30,252 nt of DNA, from positions 1 to 30,252 of the IMG/VR virus record IMGVR_UViG_3300036546_000397. One strand, written 5' to 3'. The position numbers were made by a program, and so were the translations under genes. Position 1 is the first letter of the stretch; every line of letters begins with the position of its first letter. This document shows positions 1-7,212 of the stretch, one piece after another. The stretch is from a virus. Its lineage: Duplodnaviria; Caudoviricetes. The notes below the pieces were generated by a model. It saw nothing but the letters and a program-made list of their open reading frames with translations, was not told the origin of the DNA and searched no databases.

Positions 1-1977
1 TCATGATTGTGCCACCTTTCTATATCTAATTAAAAAGAGTGCGGTTAATATCAAAATAGTCATGATAGCAATCACAAATATATTGAGTATCTCTATTGGA
101 TTTATCCAACCAAATAGGAACCTAAAGACGATATCCGTTTCTCTTTTCAAGATGACCGTAGTTATGATGGTTAGTAGGGTAGCAGGGACAACCGATATGA
201 GATAGAATAATACTTTTCGGAATACTCGATTAATATAGCTTATGCCATGCCATGCAAGACTCTTTTCTAGTCGTTGTGTAGCCCTTAAATCAAGACCAAT
301 AAACAAAGCAAACACAACTACAGACGTTACAATCAAAGCAGCTATAAAGAGCTTATCTTGATTATTTTGATTAATAACATAAACAGAAAAACCTTCTGAT
401 TTTAAGGATTGTATGGTTCTATCCATATTTCGTGAGTATAGTAAACTTGCTTGTGAATCGAGTAAGTCTTCAGTTAAAGCATCCCAGGTTGCTTGATTCA
501 TACTTAAATTAGAACCAATACTTGAATTCAACGGACTAGTAAAGACTTGATTACCTTTAGTCAATTTAACCGTGACACTTGACCCAGTATAGTTTGGAAC
601 TTCGATGGTATTATCCGCTATTGTGTCATCAATGACAATTTGTATGTTTGATTGACTATGAGAGATTAATAGTTGATTTCGATCAAATACTTCTAGTAAG
701 ACATTATTGAATCGTGATTTTAGTTCTAACTCGTCAACGAGTTCATCAGAAACAACATAGAAATTCGGTGATTGGAGTGAAACGGTTTCTTTATCAATAA
801 GCCCTACAATCGTCAAATTCATACCTTCAGTTTGGATCCCGACATGATCGAACCCAAATAGTAAGGTTTGATTTAGAAGAGGTCTGTAAAATGCTAGGTC
901 TTCCCTTTGAATTGCGAGAAGGATTTCATATTTATTTCTAATCGGTTGTCCTTCTATAATCTCATTGAAATCCTCTTCATAAATATAGATTTGTCCATCT
1001 AAACTCATATCCTGATAACTAGACTTCATATAGCCATCTAAAAATATGTCATTATAGATGACTTTGCCATTGAGACTGTTTAAGAAATTCTTATCTGTAT
1101 TAGTAAATCCCGAATTATCCTCTTTCATAATGATTAAACGATTTTGATATAACTGTGAAAAAGATGGATTTGAGTTCGGGTTCTCATTAAAATAGACATT
1201 CAAACCCGAAGCTAAACCAAGTAACATCATTAAAGCTATAATGAATGAAAAACAATTTAGAATGAAGGCAAATGGTGAGCGCTTGATTTGTGTTAAAGGA
1301 TTAGGAAATATCCTATTATGTGAAATTGGGGTTATGGATTGATCTATCAATTTACGTTCAGTTTGTTCAATCTTAATCGTTCCATCTACTAACTCAATGA
1401 TTTGAGTTGCATGTTCTTTTACTAAATCTGGATTATGAGAAATGAAAATGATTGTTTTATCTTTGATGTGTGAAAATAAGCTAATAATGTATTTCGCATT
1501 GATTTCATCTAAACCTTGTGTTGGTTCATCCGCAATTATGATTGGTTTATTTGTTAATAAAGACGCAATCACAGATACACGTTGGATTTCTCCCCCTGAT
1601 AGATTCTTTAATTTAGTGTTAATTTTGTTTTTCAAATTGACAAGTTCTAATAACTCATGGATTCGACTGACCTCATTTGTTCTATTCAAAAGGTTTTCAA
1701 GAACGGTGAATTGTGGTATCAATTGATGCTTACTATGAATATATTCAACTTGTTCACATGACTGATTAGTCTGTTTTATGTTATCAATGGTATATTCACC
1801 TTGATAATCGGTAATAATACCAGCCATTATTTTTGCTAAAGTGGACTTACCACTGCCTGATTTTCCCCTAATAAGGACAAATTCATTGGCTTTTAGATTG
1901 AATGAAATGTCATGGAGTACCTTTTGATAATACGATTTGTTTGTATAGTAATAATTGAGATTCTTTATTTCAATCAT
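1..1977 (-). CDS. ABC transporter ATP-binding/permease fusion (MacB/LolD-like exporter)
   Basis: Walker A GKSGSGKST, signature LSGGE, Walker B IIIADEPT and H-loop ISHN, then a TM helix, a large extracytoplasmic region and C-terminal TM helices. ATG at 1977 is preceded by GGAGG; TGA stop at 1-3. Confidence 0.85.
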   Translation of the reverse strand: MIEIKNLNYYYTNKSYYQKVLHDISFNLKANEFVLIRGKSGSGKSTLAKIMAGIITDYQGEYTIDNIKQTNQSCEQVEYIHSKHQLIPQFTVLENLLNRTNEVSRIHELLELVNLKNKINTKLKNLSGGEIQRVSVIASLLTNKPIIIADEPTQGLDEINAKYIISLFSHIKDKTIIFISHNPDLVKEHATQIIELVDGTIKIEQTERKLIDQSITPISHNRIFPNPLTQIKRSPFAFILNCFSFIIALMMLLGLASGLNVYFNENPNSNPSFSQLYQNRLIIMKEDNSGFTNTDKNFLNSLNGKVIYNDIFLDGYMKSSYQDMSLDGQIYIYEEDFNEIIEGQPIRNKYEILLAIQREDLAFYRPLLNQTLLFGFDHVGIQTEGMNLTIVGLIDKETVSLQSPNFYVVSDELVDELELKSRFNNVLLEVFDRNQLLISHSQSNIQIVIDDTIADNTIEVPNYTGSSVTVKLTKGNQVFTSPLNSSIGSNLSMNQATWDALTEDLLDSQASLLYSRNMDRTIQSLKSEGFSVYVINQNNQDKLFIAALIVTSVVVFALFIGLDLRATQRLEKSLAWHGISYINRVFRKVLFYLISVVPATLLTIITTVILKRETDIVFRFLFGWINPIEILNIFVIAIMTILILTALFLIRYRKVAQS

Positions 1978-2017
1978 GGTGACCTCCAAAAATTTGATAA
2001 GTAGAACGTTTAATTAA

Positions 2018-2497
2018 TTAACCAATAAGTTTATAATAAAAACCAACGTATGCTGTTTTACCATTCCATTGATCAGGATTCTTGATACGAACTCTATATT
2101 CATAGTAAGAATCTATTACGTGATCTGAAATAGTTAGTGTGAACTGAGTAACTTTACCACTTCTACCATCGTTGTTAGGAGCGATTATGTAAAATGCTCC
2201 ACTATCGACATCGTCATCATTCAAGTAAATATTGATCAATGTCGTGTAAGCGCCAGTAGATCCCCACGGTCTTCTCTCTAGATAAAGATTAACTGAATTT
2301 CCAGTTAGTTGAGTAAAATGTAGGTCCATATAAACATAACTATTTGAACTGTTGACAGAAAAACTAGCTTCACTTCCATCACCAATTGAAATGGTTTGAT
2401 TATTATTTACGAATCCATCATAGATATGAGCTTTTGTACTTACAGAAGATAACATAGTAACAAAACCGATTGCTAACACAATAAGAAATTTCTTCAT
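2018..2497 (-). CDS. Secreted hypothetical protein
   Basis: Signal peptide MKKFLIVLAIGFVTMLSSVSTKA, AGGAG RBS, beta-rich mature part. Confidence 0.75.
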   Translation of the reverse strand: MKKFLIVLAIGFVTMLSSVSTKAHIYDGFVNNNQTISIGDGSEASFSVNSSNSYVYMDLHFTQLTGNSVNLYLERRPWGSTGAYTTLINIYLNDDDVDSGAFYIIAPNNDGRSGKVTQFTLTISDHVIDSYYEYRVRIKNPDQWNGKTAYVGFYYKLIG

Positions 2498-2859
2498 TTT
2501 TTCTCCTTTTTTACGTTCTACTTATCAATTATATTATATCTTATTTTTTACTAATGTCAATTTTTCATTAATTTCGTTTTTAAACTTTTTAGCTAAATAT
2601 TTGCACATTTAGTTACGATTTTTTTGGTTACACACGAAATAATTATTATTTATATAGGATAATGTTAAGATTTATTTTAGAAGTCAATTGCATCGAAATT
2701 CTAGTACAACCAGATGTAATGTACTTGATAAGTAAAGTAATTTATGCTTTTAATGGTTCTTTATTGCAAGATTAATCATGATTTTAAACTTTCCTTATAT
2801 TCTAAAATATGTAGGTTTTTATTACTTTCTAAGTCTACTGTTACATATTAACAGTATGA

Positions 2860-3690
2860 CTAAACTGTATTACCAATAATCAATAACCCTATGTAATCTA
2901 TAACCATTTTGCTGGATACAGAAAATCCTTGAGGATTATTATCATCATGTGTACCTGCATAATTAATCCCAACTACTTTTAGATCAAAGTTTAGAAGCAT
3001 TCCTCCACTAGAGCCACTATTTGTCTCAGCAGAGTGAATTACTGACAAGAATTCATTTGTTTTTACTTCACCATATCTATCAGTCGTTTTTGTTTTGTTG
3101 TACTTAATTACACTACCTATTGAAACAACGTTTCTCTCTCCAAGTGGATTTCCTATTGCGATGATGTTAATACCTACTTCTATCTCACCATAAACTATCT
3201 CTAAAACAGTTAACACTGTTTCATTTTTACTAAAAACAATAATTGCTAAATCAAGCTCATAATTCATGCTACCTTCATAAATAAAAGCACTATACTTATT
3301 TTCAAAATAATCCACTACCTCAATAATCTGATACTTATAGTCCTTGTGTTTATCAACTACATGATAATTAGTGATTGCGTAATAATAATTTTCTGTTTCA
3401 TAAAAAATTACTCCACTACCGCTGTAGATATTTTTAGTAGAGAAAATCCATTCATTGTCAAACGAAATGTTGTTAATTAGGATATTTCCCTTTTTAGATT
3501 TCAATAACTCAGTTTCATCAATACTTTCAAAATCTTCAATGATTGAGGGTACATAGGGTTTAAAGGTAATATCATTTATTTGATATTCATCCAATGAAGG
3601 TGCTTGAAAGTCGAAATCATAATTTGATTTACACCCTTGTAAAATAAATATATTTAAAATTAAGATGAGAATCAGATATAGTTTTTTCAA
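2860..3690 (-). CDS. Trypsin-like (S1C/HtrA-type, no PDZ) serine protease lipoprotein
   Basis: Lipobox LQGC; triad motifs TNYHVV, DLAI and GSSGG; IGNPLG. TTG at 3690 follows GGAGG. Confidence 0.88.
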   Translation of the reverse strand: MKKLYLILILILNIFILQGCKSNYDFDFQAPSLDEYQINDITFKPYVPSIIEDFESIDETELLKSKKGNILINNISFDNEWIFSTKNIYSGSGVIFYETENYYYAITNYHVVDKHKDYKYQIIEVVDYFENKYSAFIYEGSMNYELDLAIIVFSKNETVLTVLEIVYGEIEVGINIIAIGNPLGERNVVSIGSVIKYNKTKTTDRYGEVKTNEFLSVIHSAETNSGSSGGMLLNFDLKVVGINYAGTHDDNNPQGFSVSSKMVIDYIGLLIIGNTV

Positions 3691-3729
3691 AATATTGTCC
3701 TCCAAGTTTGCTTTAAGTAATAAGACAAA

Positions 3730-4434
3730 CTATAAAACAATTTTTACGAAGTTTGGTAAATTCCACTCAGTCTGAAACGGATTTGATGAACCGTTATTTT
3801 CTTCAAGCACTGAACAGGAATTAATCTCGTTAATAAAGCTTTGTTTAATGCTTTTTTCTAGGTGATTGGCTAGATTTGTAAGATTCGCGTGTAATGAACC
3901 ACTAATGCGCCCTTCTATATTACATTCTTTGAAATCCAAATAATTTAACAGGAATCGATTATGACTAACTGCATTACGTAGCTCAGCTAAAGCTTTTAAA
4001 TTCTTTGATTCAAATAATGTATCTGGGAAAATAGAATGAATGTCTTCTTCAGAAAGATCCATTACTTGTGCTATAAGATCAGAAAATAATGTCTTATCTA
4101 GTGCTTTATACAATTCTATCTCACTTTTAAGTGTTTTAGCAATTTTTGGTGTTATTTTCAATTGATCCATTTCATCTGAGTATTTATTATCTATAAAAGC
4201 TCTTACCTTTTCTTCTATTAAACCGATATACTTATAAAGAACTTTTCGGATACGTTTATCGTAGCGATAAGTGGTTGCAATTTCACAATATTTGATTTTT
4301 GAAGCCGTATAACTACTCAAATACGAATATATTGAATGATGCAGATTAACACCCTTCAAATTCAAATAGTGCTTAGCTTTATCTATTTCTTCTAGTTTAA
4401 TATCGATAATTTCAATAAACTCATGTGCTTTCAT
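3730..4434 (-). CDS. Abi family (AbiD/AbiF, Abi_2-like) HEPN RNase
   Basis: N-terminal Y.YD..IR..L...I..IE pattern typical of Abi_2 proteins and HEPN Rx4H motif LRNAVSHN. Confidence 0.75.
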   Translation of the reverse strand: MKAHEFIEIIDIKLEEIDKAKHYLNLKGVNLHHSIYSYLSSYTASKIKYCEIATTYRYDKRIRKVLYKYIGLIEEKVRAFIDNKYSDEMDQLKITPKIAKTLKSEIELYKALDKTLFSDLIAQVMDLSEEDIHSIFPDTLFESKNLKALAELRNAVSHNRFLLNYLDFKECNIEGRISGSLHANLTNLANHLEKSIKQSFINEINSCSVLEENNGSSNPFQTEWNLPNFVKIVL

Positions 4435-4443
4435 AGATACGCC

Positions 4444-5058
4444 TTATTGAAAATACTCATTCAGTGTTTCTAAGAAAACTGAAAATGATGGTATCTCTTC
4501 ATTTCTAGTTAAGTGCAGATTTTTATTATGCAAGTATCTTACTTTGAAGTCTTCCCAGTAACCTTCATCTTTGATTCTTTTGAACTTAGCACTGTAATTT
4601 TTTGTCTTTCTGACTTCATTCCACAAATATCTACCAGAAGTCTTTTCATAAATCAATTTGTAAAGATTACCATTATTTCCTTCTATCATTATTGCTACAT
4701 CAAAAGAAAATTCAAGTTTTCCACCTAACACTAATTTAGATGTTATAACAGACGTTGAATTGCTAGCATATTTAAAACTAAGTTCGGGATTGACCTCATT
4801 AAATGCATTTATCAATATGTTCTTTATCTTCTCAGGATAAGAACTCAGTTCCTGTTTATCTTTTTTTAGAATAAAGTTATAATCCAAATCAAAAGGACCT
4901 CTTTCACCATTTCGAGTGATTAATCTTTTTTCACCACTTCCAATAAGTCGATATTCAAAAGTAAAATATTCTTTGACACTCTTTTGTACATTAAGAATAA
5001 TATCTTCACATGCTTTCGCAAGTGAGTCTCTTTCTTCTTTTGAAACATATTTATACAT
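4444..5058 (-). CDS. Small Pol-beta superfamily nucleotidyltransferase
   Basis: hGS motif (LIGSG), DxD (FDLDY) and a third acidic residue in FSFDVAI; AGGAG RBS. Confidence 0.72.
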   Translation of the reverse strand: MYKYVSKEERDSLAKACEDIILNVQKSVKEYFTFEYRLIGSGEKRLITRNGERGPFDLDYNFILKKDKQELSSYPEKIKNILINAFNEVNPELSFKYASNSTSVITSKLVLGGKLEFSFDVAIMIEGNNGNLYKLIYEKTSGRYLWNEVRKTKNYSAKFKRIKDEGYWEDFKVRYLHNKNLHLTRNEEIPSFSVFLETLNEYFQ

Positions 5059-5073
5059 ATCAATACATCTCCT

Positions 5074-5550
5074 TTACATTTGATTTTGGTTTCCAATAAT
5101 GTCCTTGATAGATTTTGGTAGGATTGTTTTTACACCGAAGAATTCAAAAATCTTATGATGTGTAAATCCAATCACATCAATCTCAATCAACTGATTTAAG
5201 TAATCAAAATCATCTACTTCATTATTCTTTCCTGAAGGCCGAATATAGTTCAATGTTTCATATTCCCATTTGTCTAGAGTATCTTTTGATTCCATGGACT
5301 TGTTTCTAATACAGTAACCTTGGTAAGCGTGTCTTGTTTCATGAAAAGCTGTCACGATTACCTCAATCCAAGGTGATTTCCCAACCAATTCTTCATAAAA
5401 TATGATTTCATCAGATTCAAATACATACATTCCAGTAATCTCTCTATTTGAAACTTCTTCCGGATTAAAGAAACTGATATGCGGTTCTGGTATGTTTAAA
5501 ATCTTAGCTACAATCTTGACACCACTAATTGCTACTTCATAATTATTCAT
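5074..5550 (-). CDS. Zincin-like metallopeptidase (HExxH)
   Basis: AFHETRHAYQ motif and a downstream Q.IEID pattern supplying a possible third ligand; no signal peptide. Alternative start at 5562. Confidence 0.68.
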   Translation of the reverse strand: MNNYEVAISGVKIVAKILNIPEPHISFFNPEEVSNREITGMYVFESDEIIFYEELVGKSPWIEVIVTAFHETRHAYQGYCIRNKSMESKDTLDKWEYETLNYIRPSGKNNEVDDFDYLNQLIEIDVIGFTHHKIFEFFGVKTILPKSIKDIIGNQNQM

Positions 5551-5584
5551 TTTGCTATCCAACTCTCAAATGTTTTTAATTTTC

Positions 5585-5827
5585 TCATATCATTTTAATT
5601 GTATTATTAATCACTAATTTTTTTGAAAAAGCTAAGCATGCTCCTTCTATTGCTCCACCAATAATTGTTGGAATAATAAAGAAAAGTATAATCCACACTA
5701 AAGCTGGCAATGGAACAGATAAAGATTTAAGTGGTTCATAAAACTCATTAAGTATTGGAAATAGAAAAATAGCACTGAATAGCTCTCCAATAATAAATGC
5801 TATTAAAATAAATAAACCTGTATTCAA
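5585..5827 (-). CDS. Small two-TM membrane protein
   Basis: 80 aa with two hydrophobic segments; GAGGGGG RBS before TTG. Confidence 0.65.
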   Translation of the reverse strand: MNTGLFILIAFIIGELFSAIFLFPILNEFYEPLKSLSVPLPALVWIILFFIIPTIIGGAIEGACLAFSKKLVINNTIKMI

Positions 5828-5863
5828 TATTCATTCCCCCTCACCGTCAACATGTATAATTTA

Positions 5864-5872
5864 ATTATAACA
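5864..5872 (-). promoter_or_regulatory. Extended -10 promoter of the 5827-2860 operon
   Basis: TG-T-TATAAT on the minus strand, between a terminator and the first RBS. Confidence 0.6.
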
Positions 5873-5888
5873 TCACACTTAATAGAAT

Positions 5889-5935
5889 AAAAATAAAAAA
5901 TGACCACACCTGATTGAAAAATAAGGTATGGTCAT
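5889..5935 (-). terminator. Intrinsic terminator after the holin-like gene
   Basis: ATGACCATACCT / AGGTGTGGTCAT stem followed by TTTTTATTTTT. Confidence 0.75.
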
Positions 5936-5938
5936 ATA

Positions 5939-6423
5939 CTATTTTTTAAGTTGTTCTTGAATAATTTTCTCAGCTGCAGATAAAGTTGCTCTACCCTGCA
6001 TCTTATTGCGAAAGAAATGTAGTCATCAATGATGGCTTCTATCTTGGATTGATTGGTCTCGACAAACTCAACTGCTTTCTCTGTTGAACCTGTCAAATTG
6101 CTCACCCACTAGCTTAATCTTGAAACAACAGCGAGTTTCTTATCATCCCCCATTAAATATGCTTCACCTTTTTCCTTGGCAAGCCTATTCTTTTCTTCCA
6201 CAATCATGATGAATTCTTTGATGGTTTTTTGAACACTTTCATCAAAGACAACTTCTTTTGCTTTGGTAACGAGTTCAGAAACATTCTCCGCAGTGTTCTT
6301 GAGGTCTTGTTTCACCTCTTTAATCACATCACTCAGCGATTGATCCTTACCCATCTTAGATGTCACATAGAGAGCTAGTAACAATAGCGACGCTATTAGT
6401 AATACGATTTCAAGTGTTGTCAT
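5939..6423 (-). pseudogene. Holin-like (LL-H family-like) gene with a nonsense codon and a frameshift
   Basis: N-terminal TM and a GDDKK.AV motif. TAG at 6109-6111 is followed by in-frame WVSNLTGSTEKAVEFVETNQSKIEAIIDDYISF; a 1-nt frame change near 6010 gives NKMQGRATLSAAEKIIQEQLKK* ending at 5939, just before the terminator. Confidence 0.65.
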
Positions 6424-6465
6424 TATCTCTTCCTCCTAGGCGTTTATAGATATTAACTTGTGAGC

Positions 6466-6735
6466 TTACAATCTTAATACATGATGTTCAAGAACATTGA
6501 AATCTTTCTTTAATGATTTGATATCCTGTGCTTGCATCTCTAAGAGATTAAGCATCTTTATGTTTAGTTTCTCAATCGTCTGCAGATTGGTCAGAATCTC
6601 ATCGTTATTCGTTTTATTCTTTTGTTCCTGACAATTGAACTTCTTGATAGTCGCCATTATTACAACCACCATGGTTACAATCCAATACAACAGATTTTCC
6701 ATTCTAAATAGACTGAGGATGCTTTCCCAGTTCAT
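6466..6735 (-). CDS. Single-TM plus coiled-coil phage protein (BhlA/XhlA holin-like), possibly 3'-truncated
   Basis: TM segment LLYWIVTMVVVIMA followed by a heptad-rich tail; adjacent to the holin-like gene. Confidence 0.5.
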   Translation of the reverse strand: MNWESILSLFRMENLLYWIVTMVVVIMATIKKFNCQEQKNKTNNDEILTNLQTIEKLNIKMLNLLEMQAQDIKSLKKDFNVLEHHVLRL

Positions 6736-6741
6736 GGTTAA

Positions 6742-6783
6742 TCACTCTCGATGATTCTGATTTTTATCTCCAATTCTGAACAT
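6742..6783 (-). pseudogene. 5' remnant of a DUF4314-like phage gene
   Basis: Strong RBS AGGAGG and an upstream promoter motif, but only MFRIGDK; removing one A from the A5 run gives MFRIGDKIRIIE, which resembles DUF4314-type N-termini. Confidence 0.5.
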
Positions 6784-6807
6784 GCTAAATTCCTCCTAAT
6801 GTTAATA

Positions 6808-6840
6808 ATATATATCACTCAAAAGAGAGATAATATCAAG
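6808..6840 (-). promoter_or_regulatory. Element-specific promoter motif, copy A
   Basis: CTTGATAT-N12-GAGTGATATATAT with the same spacing as the copies at 12191-12228 and 26403-26442. Confidence 0.65.
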
Positions 6841-6864
6841 AAAAAAAAGCCACCTAAGTGACTT
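6841..6864 (-). terminator. Intrinsic terminator closing the structured RNA unit
   Basis: AAGTCAC-TTAG-GTGGCTT followed by a T run. Confidence 0.7.
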
Positions 6865-6873
6865 AATATTTTT

Positions 6874-7100
6874 TGGTGGTGGTGAAAGGCATGACCCTCT
6901 CGACTCTGAAGCAACAAGAACTGGTTTAAAACATTACAACTTTATTGATACTAAATTCTTGGACCCCACCAACAAAGCCGTCCACCTCAAACTAAGTTCT
7001 ACCATAATTTCGACCTCCATTGATTGAATGCTTATTCTTATGGTGAGGCTTAGGAACATAGCCACCGCAAATGTTGCGATGTATTGCCAGCCTTGCTTCA
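6874..7100 (-). ncRNA. Candidate structured RNA (long irregular hairpin of ~194 nt plus 3' hairpin); contains a 23-codon ORF at 6934-7005
   Basis: Several collinear helices with G-U pairs, an upstream TGTG-A-TAAAAT promoter (7106-7116) and a downstream terminator. Folded by eye only. Confidence 0.55.
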
Positions 7101-7212
7101 TATTAATTTTATCACAAAGATTGGCAATTTTTACACAAATTTAGATTTTCAAAATTATTGCCTTCCATTTTTTAATTGCCACCCTGTACGGTACCCTAAT
7201 AGAAAACTAATG

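Noticed and set aside
2498-2859. AT-rich intergenic region as the left att site
   Set aside because: No convincing shared core or inverted repeat with 28181-28435 was seen by eye.
4444-5058. Calling the NTase operon a CBASS system
   Set aside because: The protein lacks the large C-terminal lobe of CD-NTases and no SAVED, STING, patatin or Cap2/3 genes are present; left as an open hypothesis.
6109-6111. In-frame TAG as stop-codon recoding
   Set aside because: The same gene also has a frameshift and TAG terminates other intact genes here; decay is simpler.
6874-6970. tRNA/tmRNA-like look: GGTGGGG...CACCACC-A-CCA with a T-arm-like hairpin (minus strand)
   Set aside because: No TTC loop, D arm or anticodon arm, and no tmRNA tag; kept only as part of the structured RNA finding.
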